From contig CBDCEW010000104.1 of assembly GCA_965215885.1 (NCBI GenBank), positions 1-64,000 on the forward strand: a stretch of DNA of 64,000 nucleotides, given 5' to 3'. A program made the translations under genes and the position numbers. Each line of letters starts with the position of its first letter. The first letter of the stretch is position 1. Of the stretch, positions 42,437 through 53,301 are shown in pieces. This DNA is from Candidatus Moanibacter sp. (GTDB taxonomy: Bacteria > Verrucomicrobiota > Verrucomicrobiia > Opitutales > UBA2987). The notes under the pieces were generated by a model. That model was not told the DNA's origin. It was given only the letters and a program-made list of their open reading frames with translations, and did no database searches.

Positions 42437-43507
42437 GTGAAAAGGATTCTCGTTGCAATGTCGGGCGGAGTGGACAGTTCCGTCGCTGCCCTTTTACTTA
42501 AAGAACAGGGCTATTCCGTGGTCGGTGCCTATATAAAGACATGGTTAAACGAAGAAGACGTCTTCGCACATTGCCCATGGCAAGACGAGATTGAAGACGC
42601 CCGGACTGTTGCGGAAATTATCGGCATCGAGTTCAAAGTAATAAACCTCATAGGAGATTACCGCGAAAGCGTAGTTCAGTATCTTATCGAGGGCTATCGA
42701 AACGGTTTAACCCCCAACCCGGATGTAATCTGTAATCGCGATATCAAATTCGGCTCCTTTCTGAAAGCCGCGCGGGCCGAGAGTTTTGAAGGAGTCGCCA
42801 CAGGGCACTATTGCCGCAGAATTGTGAATCGCGACGAATCGTGTGATCTTTGGGAAGGGGCAGACAAGAACAAGGATCAATCTTATTTTCTGTCATTAAT
42901 CTCTCAACACCAACTCAGAGATGCCCTCTTCCCCCTGGGAGATCTGAATAAGCGCACGGTACGGCAGATTGCCCACGAAAACAGCCTTCCTACCGCGGAT
43001 AAGAAGGACAGCCAGGGGATCTGCTTTCTAGGAAAAGTCAGAATCGCGAATTTCCTCGAGAACTTTATCCCCGATCAGAGAGGAGAAATTGTGGACATTC
43101 GCGGAAGAATACTCGGAAATCATCGCGGTTTGCACCGCTACACACTCGGACAACGAAAGGGTATTCGAATCCCTTCCAACACGAACAGCGAAGCCTACGT
43201 TGTGGTGGCGAAAGACTTAGAACGGAATCGCCTCACGGTGGCATTTGACAGGTCGAGCTCTCCGGGTCTCTATCGAAGAGATTGCTTATTGCGTAACATC
43301 AATTTTCTTAATGAGGCGGTTTCGGAATCCCGTCGGCTTCTCGCCAAGCCCCGTTATCGCGACCCCTCCAGCACTGTAGTCTATACTCCTCTCAAAAACG
43401 GCAGCGCTAAGATCGTCTTCGATCAGCCACAGCGCGCTCTGGCCCCTGGCCAGGTGTGCGCCCTCTATGACGGCGAAAGGCTCCTGGGAGGCGGGATCTA
43501 TCAATAG
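42437..43507 (+). CDS. mnmA: tRNA-specific 2-thiouridylase
   Basis: MSGGVDSS, TPNPDVICN, ATGHY, KDQSYFL, DSQGICF and YTLGQRKG. Confidence 0.98.
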   Translation: MKRILVAMSGGVDSSVAALLLKEQGYSVVGAYIKTWLNEEDVFAHCPWQDEIEDARTVAEIIGIEFKVINLIGDYRESVVQYLIEGYRNGLTPNPDVICNRDIKFGSFLKAARAESFEGVATGHYCRRIVNRDESCDLWEGADKNKDQSYFLSLISQHQLRDALFPLGDLNKRTVRQIAHENSLPTADKKDSQGICFLGKVRIANFLENFIPDQRGEIVDIRGRILGNHRGLHRYTLGQRKGIRIPSNTNSEAYVVVAKDLERNRLTVAFDRSSSPGLYRRDCLLRNINFLNEAVSESRRLLAKPRYRDPSSTVVYTPLKNGSAKIVFDQPQRALAPGQVCALYDGERLLGGGIYQ

Positions 43508-43508
43508 G

Positions 43509-45221
43509 TCACAGATCCGGAGGAACGGTGGCGATTGCTTCTTCCATCGTGGTGATTCCATCTCGCACTTTCATTATACTGTCTTGATGGAGAGTGCTCA
43601 TTCCACTCGCTATGGCGATGTCTCTAATTTTCGTAGTCTCCAGTCCATCGTTTATTCCCTTAACCAGTTCTTCACTTGTTGCCATGAGTTCGTGAATTCC
43701 AACACGGTCCTTCATTCCGGATTCACCACAAGCGGGGCACCCCTTTGGATTGGCTCGAAATATCTGCCCCTCCCAATCGAGGGCTCGAGAGATGATTCGC
43801 AACTCGTTGCCTTCGGGTGAGTAGTGCTGGCGACAGGTCGTGCATACTCTTCGAAGCAACCGTTGAGCACAGACGCAGACGAGAGAGGCGGAAATCATAA
43901 AAGGTTCAATTCCCATATCGGTTAATCTCGAGACGGTGCCCGGCGCATCATTGGTGTGCAGGGTACTGAACAACATGTGCCCGGTGAGGGCGGCTTCAAC
44001 GGCGATGCCGGCTGTCTCGTGATCGCGAATTTCGCCCACGAGAATGATATCCGGATCCTGCCGGAGGTAGGCGCGTAGAGCTGCCGCAAAAGTCAATCCT
44101 ATCTTTCGATTCATCTGCATCTGGCAAAGACCGGGAAGCGTGTATTCGATGGGATCTTCCGCTGTTCGTATGCAGAGATCGGGTTTGTTAATCTCGTTGA
44201 GGGCCGAATAGAGGGTCATAGACTTACCAGAGCCGGTCGGCCCGCAGTGTAGAATCATACCGTAAGGGCGAGTGATGAGACTGCGATATACGGAGAGATT
44301 CGCTTCTGAGAATCCCAATGCCTCCAGCGGCAACGTGCTCTTTTGCTTATCGAGGATACGCATCACCGCGCCCTCTCCGTGATTGAGAGGAGCAGTTGAC
44401 ACGCGAAGGTCGACATCGATTCCTTTCTTATTGTACTGCTTGAATACAATACGCCCATCCTGAGGGAGACGCTTTTCCGCAATATCAAGATTCGCCATCA
44501 CTTTGATTCGGGACATCAAGGGCGATGCAATCTGGTTGGGGAGAGTGAGTTTCTCCTGACAAATCCCATCGATGCGCACTCTTACTCGGGTCTGATTTTC
44601 AAAGGGCTCGATGTGAATATCGCTACCTCCCGAGTAGTAGGCTTCCTCAATTATTCGATTGGCCAACTGAATGATGGGGGCGGATTCCTCTTCGAGAGTC
44701 TCCTGGCCGAATTCACCTTCTTCCAGCTCATACTCGATACCTAAGGCTTCAACAACATCTCCAAACCCGATTTCCTGCTGTGTATCCTGGTCCTCTTCCA
44801 GATTTGCGATAATGTCTCTTTCGAGAGCCAGGAGGGTAAAAACTCGTTTCCTGGTGATCTCCTGGATCTTGCTAGTGACGTTCAAATTGAACGGATCGCT
44901 CAGAGCGACCACAATGCAATCCCCTACTGCTCCCACAGGGAGAACTCTCTGTTCCCTGTAGAATTCCCTATCCAGGTATTCAAATGTCCTTTCATCGCTC
45001 TTGAAATTCCCAGCGTTAAACGGGTTCAGGCTGAATGCCTTGCTCTTAGCGACAAGAATCTGGAATTCTGAAACATCATAATCCGCCTGCAGAAGCGTTT
45101 CCATCGCGCTGCCCGACATCTCTTCGGGCGAATTGATGATTTCTTCCGCCTCTTCCTCGCTCAGGCGCCCAAGTTCTCGAAGCTTGGATACAATCGCAGT
45201 CTGGACACGTGCTAAGGGCAT
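43509..45221 (-). CDS. GspE/PilB-family secretion/pilus assembly ATPase
   Basis: [43 protein letters not shown]...TLHTND and Cys pairs. Confidence 0.95.
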   Translation of the reverse strand: MPLARVQTAIVSKLRELGRLSEEEAEEIINSPEEMSGSAMETLLQADYDVSEFQILVAKSKAFSLNPFNAGNFKSDERTFEYLDREFYREQRVLPVGAVGDCIVVALSDPFNLNVTSKIQEITRKRVFTLLALERDIIANLEEDQDTQQEIGFGDVVEALGIEYELEEGEFGQETLEEESAPIIQLANRIIEEAYYSGGSDIHIEPFENQTRVRVRIDGICQEKLTLPNQIASPLMSRIKVMANLDIAEKRLPQDGRIVFKQYNKKGIDVDLRVSTAPLNHGEGAVMRILDKQKSTLPLEALGFSEANLSVYRSLITRPYGMILHCGPTGSGKSMTLYSALNEINKPDLCIRTAEDPIEYTLPGLCQMQMNRKIGLTFAAALRAYLRQDPDIILVGEIRDHETAGIAVEAALTGHMLFSTLHTNDAPGTVSRLTDMGIEPFMISASLVCVCAQRLLRRVCTTCRQHYSPEGNELRIISRALDWEGQIFRANPKGCPACGESGMKDRVGIHELMATSEELVKGINDGLETTKIRDIAIASGMSTLHQDSIMKVRDGITTMEEAIATVPPDL

Positions 45222-45594
45222 CTGTCTGGCTCAAGTTGATTGCTCGTCCAAGTACTCGAACTATAGGGAAATTCTCTGCTCGAATCTATTTGCACTTTGA
45301 CGAATATAGCATCCTTCTTTGGTGCATAATAATGATATCGAACGAGTGGCCAAAATTCAAATAGATGAAAATCCTCAGATTCAGGAAAATTTATATAGAT
45401 TCAGTTTCCACTAATACCTGATACGGCAACACGAGATCATCGAATGATCCACCATTGATTCTTCCTCTGTCGTTCATTGCTGTTCAGCATCCCTTCATAA
45501 TTCGTTTTAATTGCATGGGACTTAAGCGTATCATCTCTTCTTCCGACAAAGTTGACATTGCATTGGTTACTCCCAACATTCCTGGGGTTCGGTA

Positions 45595-46137
45595 ATGTTC
45601 GATTCCTCGAATTTCACGTCTGAGGCCTACGCGGGATTTCTCAGTGAACATGAATACGATGAGGGTAAGGCTTTCACTTCATTGCTCGCGCCAGTCGTTA
45701 CAAAATTCTATGAGCAATCCGAGCAAGACCCGCTCGAACCTGAACTGCGGGAGAAATTCTACCGCACGGTGTGGGAGATCAGCTCAAGTGAGGACTTTCC
45801 TGGACTGACCTCGCAGAACGACGCCGAAGAGACGGAGAAATTCGGGGAAGCCGAACTCGCTGAATGCGTCATTCAGGTCTTGGAGGAGATGAACGCACCC
45901 AGTCACCGCCACGACTTCGCCTATCTGAGCAAACTGATATTTCAAGGTATCTACGGCAGTGGCGAGAATAGCGAGACGCAAGAGGAAACAGTCGCTCCCA
46001 TTTCAAAGGAAATCTTACAGCTGCGCTATTTCATCTACCTGAAGAAACAGAATTTCGACCTAAGCTCCGATGATTTCGGTAGTTTGGAAGACGATGGGGA
46101 AGGAGAAGAGCTGGAAGCCCAGGGAGAAACAGAGTAG
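45595..46137 (+). CDS. Hypothetical acidic protein
   Basis: 180-aa ORF divergent from the GspE/PilB gene; TTGACA upstream at 45552. Confidence 0.7.
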   Translation: MFDSSNFTSEAYAGFLSEHEYDEGKAFTSLLAPVVTKFYEQSEQDPLEPELREKFYRTVWEISSSEDFPGLTSQNDAEETEKFGEAELAECVIQVLEEMNAPSHRHDFAYLSKLIFQGIYGSGENSETQEETVAPISKEILQLRYFIYLKKQNFDLSSDDFGSLEDDGEGEELEAQGETE

Positions 46138-46165
46138 TCCGCTTTTCGTTGCCGGCTCTGCCGCA

Positions 46166-46216
46166 GTATGTGTTTAGCGTGCCTTTGATTGCTGGCTGCC
46201 CCGGTCTTGTGGAGGG
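46166..46216. repeat. Single end of GTAC-family MITE
   Basis: GTATGTGTTTAGCGTG...TGCTGGCTGCCCCGGTCTTGTG matches the reverse complement of the 41955-42198 right arm. Confidence 0.7.
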
Positions 46217-47403
46217 GTTGGTAGAGACACACGGTTTATAGCAGGGAACGCGTACCTACTCTCTGTTGCGTAGAGCAAATCCGATTCCATTATCACGTTC
46301 GATGAAGAGTGTTTCAGAGCAGCCACGATACTCCCCTTCAACTCCGAGTGATTTCTCTTCCACCGTTTCCTCTTTAAATAGGTAATCGCATCGGCGCTCA
46401 ATTTGAGCGGTGTTCCCGAATTTAAACGCCGCGTTTCGGAATTTATGATTCTTTTGGCGATTATGGGGATATCCTCGCTGCAAGCGTATAGAGGAGGCAC
46501 GGCGATCTCCGTTGTGCCTAAGAAAATGTAGAAGCTTTCCCCAAGAATTTTATTATCGTAGAGTGTTTCGACATGCTCGCCGATGCAAAAGACAAAGCGA
46601 GCCAGGAACCGGTATTCGTGAAAGGGCTTCTCACCTCTTGCAATTGCGATTATCTTAATCTTCTCATCCTCCTGCAAGTTCTCAGTATCCAACACTACGA
46701 ATGTCACGACTGTCGAGGTTCCCACCTTCCATTTCGCGAAGTCTTCGAGGAGGGTTTCCCCGCTCAAACGATCGGGCGTCAACACCACCAACAGGTCACT
46801 ATCCCGGTCGCCTGTCTGTTTGCCGAAATCACAAAGATCTCTACAGATGCCTTCAAAATCTGTTCCACCTTCGCCGACAAGGAGCAGGTTTGACTTGAAG
46901 TTTCGCACTTCATGAAGCCTCCTTGCGAATTCCGCGGAGACCTCGGATAGACATGGGAAAGAATGAAACTGAAATGGAAGATTGTGTTTATCGACAAGAG
47001 TAACTGATCCGCTCTCTCCCTCGCATTCCCTATCCAAGGTAGCCCTTTCAATCAGTTCGCCGGTCTTCTTCAGTAGTGAGAAGACGTTCAGAGGCTTCAA
47101 GAAAACGCCATCCACCCCATTTTTGATGCATTCGCTGATTGTTTCGTCATCCAAGTAGCCCGAAACAATAATCACTGGCGTTTTACTCCGTATCTCCTTT
47201 ACCGTTTTGACGAATTCCTTACCTGACAAGTTCGGCATGCAGTGATCCGTTACAACCAGATCGAAATCTGTCTCCTGGAATATTTCGACCGCTTCCAAGG
47301 GGTCTCGAACGGAAGTAACCTCGTATTCCGCCTGCGTAAATACGTCGGTCAAAAGGGCATTAAAATCCCGGTCGACATCGAGAATCAGAATATTCTCTGC
47401 CAT
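46174..47403 (-). CDS. Response regulator with degenerate sigma-54-activator-like domain
   Basis: REC (LVVTDHCMP, VSGY, FLKP); LLVGEGGT, VPPL...EDIP and W..N..EL; no GAFTGA and no HTH. Confidence 0.8.
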   Translation of the reverse strand: MAENILILDVDRDFNALLTDVFTQAEYEVTSVRDPLEAVEIFQETDFDLVVTDHCMPNLSGKEFVKTVKEIRSKTPVIIVSGYLDDETISECIKNGVDGVFLKPLNVFSLLKKTGELIERATLDRECEGESGSVTLVDKHNLPFQFHSFPCLSEVSAEFARRLHEVRNFKSNLLLVGEGGTDFEGICRDLCDFGKQTGDRDSDLLVVLTPDRLSGETLLEDFAKWKVGTSTVVTFVVLDTENLQEDEKIKIIAIARGEKPFHEYRFLARFVFCIGEHVETLYDNKILGESFYIFLGTTEIAVPPLYACSEDIPIIAKRIINSETRRLNSGTPLKLSADAITYLKRKRWKRNHSELKGSIVAALKHSSSNVIMESDLLYATESRYAFPAINRVSLPTPPQDRGSQQSKAR

Positions 47404-47405
47404 TC

Positions 47406-48401
47406 TCAGTCGTTATCGTGAATCAAGGGAAATAGTGTCCTCTTCAATCTAACAATGCCTTCGCTTGTTAAACAGGATATCGGCATAACCGCTTCCTCAA
47501 CCTCCCTCTCAAAATGAATCAAGTATGTATTAGCTTGTGGCTCGTCTATCTTATTAGCGACGATTATTCGCTTTTTTAAAGTAAGATTAGGATTAAAAAG
47601 CTCCAATTCCTTCATAAGATCATGATAATCGTCTCTCGGATTTCTCCCGTCGATTCCCGCCATATCGACGACAAAGAGTAGGAGGTGACACCGTTCAATA
47701 TGTCGCAGAAAGCGATGTCCAAGCCCCCTGTTAGCATGTGCACCCGAGATCAACCCGGGAATATCAGCGAGAGTAATACGGTCGAAATGTTCCGGATAGT
47801 CGATAACCCCGACTTGCGGTCCAAGCGTCGTAAATGGATATGGGGCAATTTTTGGATGGGCCTGAGTAAGAAGGCCGGTTAAAGAGGATTTTCCCGCATT
47901 CGGAAATCCTACCAGCCCGATGTCTGCGATGGTTTTCAAAATGAGAGTGAAACATCCTTCCATACCGGGTTGACCCGGAGTGGACTTTCTCGGGCTCCTG
48001 TTGACGGATGATTTGAAATTCAGATTACCCAGTCCTCCCTTTCCGCCTTCCAGGAGAAGGAAGCGCTGTTCATCCGCAATCAGATCCACGGCCTTTTCTC
48101 TCGTATCCTCGCTGATAACTTCCGTTCCGAGTGGAAGTCTGAGGGTGCAATTTTCCCCACCGCGCCCATTTTGATCCTTGCCGCGACCTTTTTCCCCATT
48201 TTTGGCGCGGGCATGGGGATTGAATTTGTAATCGGTCAAATCGCCCACATTCTCATCACCGACTAAGATGATATCTCCCCCTTTACCACCATCTCCTCCA
48301 TCGGGACCACCTTTTGGCCTGAATCTCTCGCGGCGAAAGCTGCTACAGCCATCGCCTCCATCCCCGGCATTGAGAACGACTCTCACTTCATCAACGAACA
48401 T
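47406..48401 (-). CDS. obgE: GTPase Obg/CgtA
   Basis: MFVDE, GGPDGGDGG, GFPNAGKS, YPFTT, DIPG and NKID. Confidence 0.98.
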   Translation of the reverse strand: MFVDEVRVVLNAGDGGDGCSSFRRERFRPKGGPDGGDGGKGGDIILVGDENVGDLTDYKFNPHARAKNGEKGRGKDQNGRGGENCTLRLPLGTEVISEDTREKAVDLIADEQRFLLLEGGKGGLGNLNFKSSVNRSPRKSTPGQPGMEGCFTLILKTIADIGLVGFPNAGKSSLTGLLTQAHPKIAPYPFTTLGPQVGVIDYPEHFDRITLADIPGLISGAHANRGLGHRFLRHIERCHLLLFVVDMAGIDGRNPRDDYHDLMKELELFNPNLTLKKRIIVANKIDEPQANTYLIHFEREVEEAVMPISCLTSEGIVRLKRTLFPLIHDND

Positions 48402-48593
48402 AACGCCTTGACTCTAAATAGATTAAGAAAGACATTCGTCAATAATGACCGTGACAAAAGATATCATGATAACCGCTCAGGAATACTACGAGTATTCCGA
48501 CGGTCCTCCCTATCACCAGCTAATAACCGGCCAGCTCATTATGTCTCCATCACCCTCAGCCTACCATCAACGAATTCTCAAGAGACTAATTCT

Positions 48594-49939
48594 CAGTACT
48601 GTCCGGTTATAAGTCAAACAACTCCAACTGTTTAGGAATGCGGTGTTCATTGAAAGTGTAATCGGTTTCTGTAAGTAGTTCAGTCATAGGAGTTTTCTCA
48701 AATAGGGTGAAGCTGAGAATCTGTAGGATTTTGTGCAAACTGATCTCCAGGCGAAGGCGTTTGCGGATGATGGCGATGAGCACATAGACGCTGACGGCAA
48801 TCCAGATTTGAGTCTTCACAGCATTCTCGGAGGTGCCGAAAAAGCTCTTGATGCGCAAGTGCTGTTTGATCCATTTGAAGAACAATTCGATCTGCCAGCG
48901 TAAACGGTAAATCTGGGTGATGATTATGGCTGGGAGGGCAAACTGGTTGGTGAGAAACACGAAGCGCTCGGAACTGTCGGGGTCGAGGTAAGTGATACGC
49001 CGGAGTCTTTCGGGGTAGGCCTTGGCAGGATAGAAGCTGACCAGGGCAACGGTCTGGTCCGAACGCAGACCGGTTGATTTGTCGACCTTTTGAGAGTAGA
49101 GGCGGCGAAACTGAAAGCCGCGGCGGGCGCGTGTGACGAAGAAAGAACCGCATTGTGCGATCCGATAGAGGCGCTCGTAATGCAGATAGGCTCGGTCCAT
49201 TACATAGTAAGCACCGGCCTCGGGGATGATGAGATCCAGAATGGCCTCGGGGATGATGAGATCCAGAATGTTTACGTCGTGAACTTTTCCATCGGTAATC
49301 TCGATAAAATAAGGGATAGAGCCTCTGAGATCGAGAAGCGTATGGACCTTCACCGCCCCCTTGTGCTTGCGGAAACGTGCCCACGGGAAGAGTGATAGAC
49401 ATAGATCGATCGTGGTGGAGTCCAGAGCGTAGAGCGTATTGTCCAGGTCGATGCCCAGATCCTCGTTTGAATACAAAGGACGAGCCATTGCGATGAGGAC
49501 CTGTGCAAAGTCGGCGTAGATGCGCCAGTCTCGTTTCTCGTTGGCATCGGCGAGCGTGCTTTTGGATACTCCGCTTCGAATCCCTGCGTGGTATAGTTTT
49601 GGTTGTACTGCCCGCAGGCAGGTTTCGATGTCGCGCAGACTCTCCCGGTAGGTCAACTCGGCAAAACCCATGCAGAGAAATTGTTCGAAGCAACTGAACT
49701 TTTGAACTTTGTAGTCGCCTCCGTAGCGTTGGACGCAACGATGGAACTGATGGCGCGGAAGATAATCTATGATTTGAGAAAAAACGAATCGACCTGTATA
49801 CATGATTTGGACCCTCGAAATTTTTGAGAGTCCACAAGGCTTTTTGCAATTTCAAGTCGAAAACAGCAGAAATCATATGTAAAATGTTGGTTATCAATCG
49901 ATTAACCTGCGTTCCTAGAAAAACAACCGGACAGTAGTG
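48594..49939 (-). mobile_element. Complete IS4-family element
   Basis: TIR CAGTACTGTCCGGTT / CACTACTGTCCGGTT; 9-bp TSD ACTAATTCT at 48585-48593 and 49940-49948; IHF-consensus TATCAATCGATTA near 49892. Confidence 0.96.
48607..49803 (-). CDS. IS4-family transposase (DUF4372 N-terminus + DDE)
   Basis: SLRDIE, STLADAN, ALDSTTI, VKVH, MDRAY and YRLRWQIELFFKWIKQ (YREK). Confidence 0.95.
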   Translation of the reverse strand: MYTGRFVFSQIIDYLPRHQFHRCVQRYGGDYKVQKFSCFEQFLCMGFAELTYRESLRDIETCLRAVQPKLYHAGIRSGVSKSTLADANEKRDWRIYADFAQVLIAMARPLYSNEDLGIDLDNTLYALDSTTIDLCLSLFPWARFRKHKGAVKVHTLLDLRGSIPYFIEITDGKVHDVNILDLIIPEAILDLIIPEAGAYYVMDRAYLHYERLYRIAQCGSFFVTRARRGFQFRRLYSQKVDKSTGLRSDQTVALVSFYPAKAYPERLRRITYLDPDSSERFVFLTNQFALPAIIITQIYRLRWQIELFFKWIKQHLRIKSFFGTSENAVKTQIWIAVSVYVLIAIIRKRLRLEISLHKILQILSFTLFEKTPMTELLTETDYTFNEHRIPKQLELFDL

Positions 49940-50345
49940 ACTAATTCTATCTATCGATCGCTTCGTGGAGGAGATGGAGCTTGGGGAAGTGATGATTCCT
50001 CCGCTTGATGTAGAGCTTTCAGATTACGATGTTGTCCAACCGGATCTCATCTTTGTTCATGCCGAAAATTCAAACGTGGAAATCGGTCAACGGATTGTGG
50101 GAACTCCTGATCTATTGATTGAAATTCTTTCTCCCGCGAATGCTCATCTGGATCGAACTTCTAAGCGTAAACTTTACGCCCAATCCGGAGTCAGGGAGCT
50201 ATGGTTAGTCGATCCTGAGTCAAAATCAATCGATCTTTATGATCTCCTCAATAAGCCAGCAATCCCTCTGAAAACCCTTCAGAAATCGGAGATTTTGACT
50301 TCCCCGCTTTTGCCGGGGCTGACTCTTCAGCTGGAAAAAATCTTC

Positions 50346-50648
50346 TAACCCGGAAATCTCACAAGATCTCCGGGTTAAATTGCAAAAGGGCACGGAAGAT
50401 ATTGAATGCAAGAATGTTATACAACATTTTCGAAGATATATCTGTCGATTCTCTATGAAACTGTGTTCCGCCGATCCACCTCCTCGGTTCTATGCCTTAA
50501 GATGCATATTGAACTACCTGGACTCCTTCAATATCTTCCGTGCCCTTTTGTTTGATAGCCCGCTTTTCGTAGCCGAGAAGTGGCTAGTCGTTGGGAAGAG
50601 CAACTTGCCGCAATACCCTCCTCGAAGTTTTGTGAGAAAAGCGGGCTA
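50346..50648. repeat. Three abutting inverted-repeat mini-elements (50346-50377, 50383-50550, 50556-50648)
   Basis: TAACCCGGAAATCT hairpin; perfect 24-bp IR CAAAAGGGCACGGAAGATATTGAA; 13-bp IR TAGCCCGCTTTTC. Confidence 0.85.
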
Positions 50649-50653
50649 ATCGC

Positions 50654-52078
50654 TCAGTATTTATAGTGAGCCGGCTTATAGGGCCCTCCCACCGGAACTC
50701 CGATATAGTCGGCTTGATCCGAAGTCAGTTTGGTAAGCCTGGCCCCGATTTTCTCCAGATGAAGCCGTGCCACTTCCTCATCGAGGTCTTTGGGCAATAT
50801 GTAAACGCCCGGTGAATATTTCTCCAGATTCTCCCAGAGCTCGACTTGAGCTAATACCTGATTGGTAAAAGAATTCGACATGACAAATGAAGGGTGGCCC
50901 GTGGCGCAACCCAGGTTAACCAACCTGCCTTCGGCAAGCAGAAATATCTCGTGACCTTCCGGAAACCGGTAGCGGTCTACCTGGGGTTTTATGTTTTCTA
51001 CAATTATTCCTGGATACATGGAGAGGGCGCTCACTTGCACCTCATTGTCGAAATGGCCGATATTACAGACGATGGCCTGGTCCCTCATTTTGGACATATG
51101 CTCGATCGTAATTATGTCGCGATTGCCGGTTGTGGTAACGTAGATGTCCGCCCAGCCCAGCGTGTCCTCCACAGTCGCCACCTTATAGCCCTCCATGGCT
51201 CCCTGAAGGGCACAAATCGGGTCGACCTCAGTCACGACGACGTTCGCGCCCTGCGAACGCAGCGCTTGAGCGCAACCCTTACCGACATCGCCGTAACCGC
51301 AGACCACCGCTACCTTACCCGCGATCATTACGTCGGTCGCGCGCTTTATTCCATCGATAAGCGACTCGCGGCACCCGTAAAGGTTATCGAACTTCGATTT
51401 TGTCACGGAATCGTTTACATTGATTGCAGGCACCAAAAGAGAGCCCTCTTCCTGTCTCTGATAAAGGCGATGGACACCTGTCGTGGTCTCTTCAGAAACT
51501 CCTCTCCACTCTTTAACAACTTCATGCCAATGGATGGGATCCTCCGAATTCACCTTTTTCAGAAGATCCTTAATCATTTGCTCTTCATCACTCTCGAACG
51601 GTTGATCAACCCATTTGCTTCCCTCTTCATACTCAAAGCCCTTGTGAATGAGCAGTGTTGCGTCTCCTCCGTCATCGATGATCAGATTCGGCCCTTTGCC
51701 GTCCGGCCAGGTGAGCGCCTGGTAGGTGCACCACCAATATTCCTCCAGGCTCTCCCCTTTCCAGGCGAAAACGGGTGTGTCCCCTATCGCGATAGCGGCG
51801 GCGGCATGGTCCTGAGTGGAAAAGATGTTGCAGCTTGCCCAACGCAGGTCTGCGCCGATCTCCTTGAGGGTTTCGATTAAAACCGCCGTCTGGATCGTCA
51901 TGTGGAGCGAGCCGGTAATCCTAACCCCGGCAAGCGGGTTCCTGGCAGCGTATTTCCCTCTTACCGCCATCAAACCGGGCATCTCCTTTTCGGCGATGCC
52001 TATTTCCTTTCGGCCCCAATCCGCCAGATTGATGTCTTTTACCTTATAGTCCTGTCCGATTTCGGTCTCAGTGCTCAT
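50654..52078 (-). CDS. ahcY: Adenosylhomocysteinase
   Basis: [39 protein letters not shown] and GCATGHP. Confidence 0.99.
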   Translation of the reverse strand: MSTETEIGQDYKVKDINLADWGRKEIGIAEKEMPGLMAVRGKYAARNPLAGVRITGSLHMTIQTAVLIETLKEIGADLRWASCNIFSTQDHAAAAIAIGDTPVFAWKGESLEEYWWCTYQALTWPDGKGPNLIIDDGGDATLLIHKGFEYEEGSKWVDQPFESDEEQMIKDLLKKVNSEDPIHWHEVVKEWRGVSEETTTGVHRLYQRQEEGSLLVPAINVNDSVTKSKFDNLYGCRESLIDGIKRATDVMIAGKVAVVCGYGDVGKGCAQALRSQGANVVVTEVDPICALQGAMEGYKVATVEDTLGWADIYVTTTGNRDIITIEHMSKMRDQAIVCNIGHFDNEVQVSALSMYPGIIVENIKPQVDRYRFPEGHEIFLLAEGRLVNLGCATGHPSFVMSNSFTNQVLAQVELWENLEKYSPGVYILPKDLDEEVARLHLEKIGARLTKLTSDQADYIGVPVGGPYKPAHYKY

Positions 52079-52094
52079 GATTTATTCGCGCCAG

Positions 52095-53261
52095 TTACTT
52101 TATCGCCTTAAGTAGAATTTTTGCCTTAGTCGTATCCTCCCAGGGCAAGCCCTTCTTGGCAAAATGTCCGTAGTGCGTCGTTTTGCGGTAAATTGGCCGC
52201 AGCAAATCCAACTGGGTAATGATATCGGCCGGTTTGAAGCTGAACACGGATCGGACTGCCTTGACAATCGCCGCATCAGAGTGCCTTCCCGTTCCAAAAG
52301 TTTCAATATGGATACTGGTTGGATTGGGGTGACCGATGGCGTAGGCAACCTGAATCTCGACCGAGTCGGCCAATCCGGCCGAAACAATACATTTCGCCAC
52401 CCAACGGCACATATAGGCCGCTGACCGGTCGACTTTGGATGGGTCTTTCCCACTGAAAGCACCCCCACCATGACGACTCCAGCCGCCATAGGTATCAACG
52501 ATGATCTTTCGACCCGTCAGTCCGCCATCCGCCTGAGGACCTCCCGTGACAAATTTACCCGTAGGATTAATAAAATACTCAGTCTTACTATTCAGCAGCC
52601 TTTTCGGCAGGACCTTATGAACGAGATTCTCAATGCAGAAATTCTCTATCTCCTCGTGATTAATTTCCGATGTGTGCTGTGTGGAAACCACTACCGAAGT
52701 AATCGCTGTGGGCTTACCGTTCTCATACTTTACGGCAACCTGAGACTTGCAGTCGGGACGCAACCACCCCACTTTTCCGCTTCTGCGGATACGAGATAAA
52801 CCGCGGCATAAGCGATGGGCAAAAGTGATGGGTGCCGGCATCATCTCAGGAGTATCCTTGCATGCAAAACCGAACATCAGACCCTGGTCTCCCGCACCTT
52901 GCTCAGCGCTCTTTCTCCCACGGACTCGCTTGGCAGCGACTCCTTGTGCAATGTCAGGTGATTGCTGTGTCAGCAGGTTCGTTATAAATACCCTATCGGC
53001 ATGGAAAACGTCAGCGTCGTAGGTATATCCAATATCGCGTATCGCCCGGCGAACAATCTGGTCATAAGCGATCTCGGCCTTCGTCGAAATCTCACCCGCC
53101 AGGATGACGCAATTGCTCTTAACAAGCGTCTCGCACGCCACTCTACTCTTTCGGTCATTAGTGAGGCAGGCGTCGAGAATACTATCAGAGATATAGTCCG
53201 CAACTTTATCGGGGTGACCCTCACTCACCGATTCTGAGGAAAATATGAAAGAGTCTGACAC
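52095..53261 (-). CDS. metK: S-adenosylmethionine synthetase
   Basis: [31 protein letters not shown] and [15 protein letters not shown]. Confidence 0.99.
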   Translation of the reverse strand: MSDSFIFSSESVSEGHPDKVADYISDSILDACLTNDRKSRVACETLVKSNCVILAGEISTKAEIAYDQIVRRAIRDIGYTYDADVFHADRVFITNLLTQQSPDIAQGVAAKRVRGRKSAEQGAGDQGLMFGFACKDTPEMMPAPITFAHRLCRGLSRIRRSGKVGWLRPDCKSQVAVKYENGKPTAITSVVVSTQHTSEINHEEIENFCIENLVHKVLPKRLLNSKTEYFINPTGKFVTGGPQADGGLTGRKIIVDTYGGWSRHGGGAFSGKDPSKVDRSAAYMCRWVAKCIVSAGLADSVEIQVAYAIGHPNPTSIHIETFGTGRHSDAAIVKAVRSVFSFKPADIITQLDLLRPIYRKTTHYGHFAKKGLPWEDTTKAKILLKAIK

Positions 53262-53301
53262 TATCCAGGCCTCTCGGTTTAAAAAGGTATCCCGGTCAAT
53301 T

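Larger units (their letters stand above)
48445..50348 (+). pseudogene. Uma2-family (PDDEXK) endonuclease interrupted by IS4
   Basis: Removing the IS and one TSD gives MTVTKD...LIMSPSPSAYHQRI...QPDL...PDLLIEILSP...D..SKRKLYAQSGVRELWLVDP. Confidence 0.9.

Noticed and set aside
48698..49897. 399-aa same-strand overlapping ORF in IS4
   Set aside because: Arg/Ser/Pro/His-rich with no recognisable motif; best explained as a shadow frame of the transposase
50894..51880. Long antisense ORFs (also 19614-20486, 21365-22060, 56791-57585)
   Set aside because: Lie opposite longer, better-supported genes and have no motifs of their own
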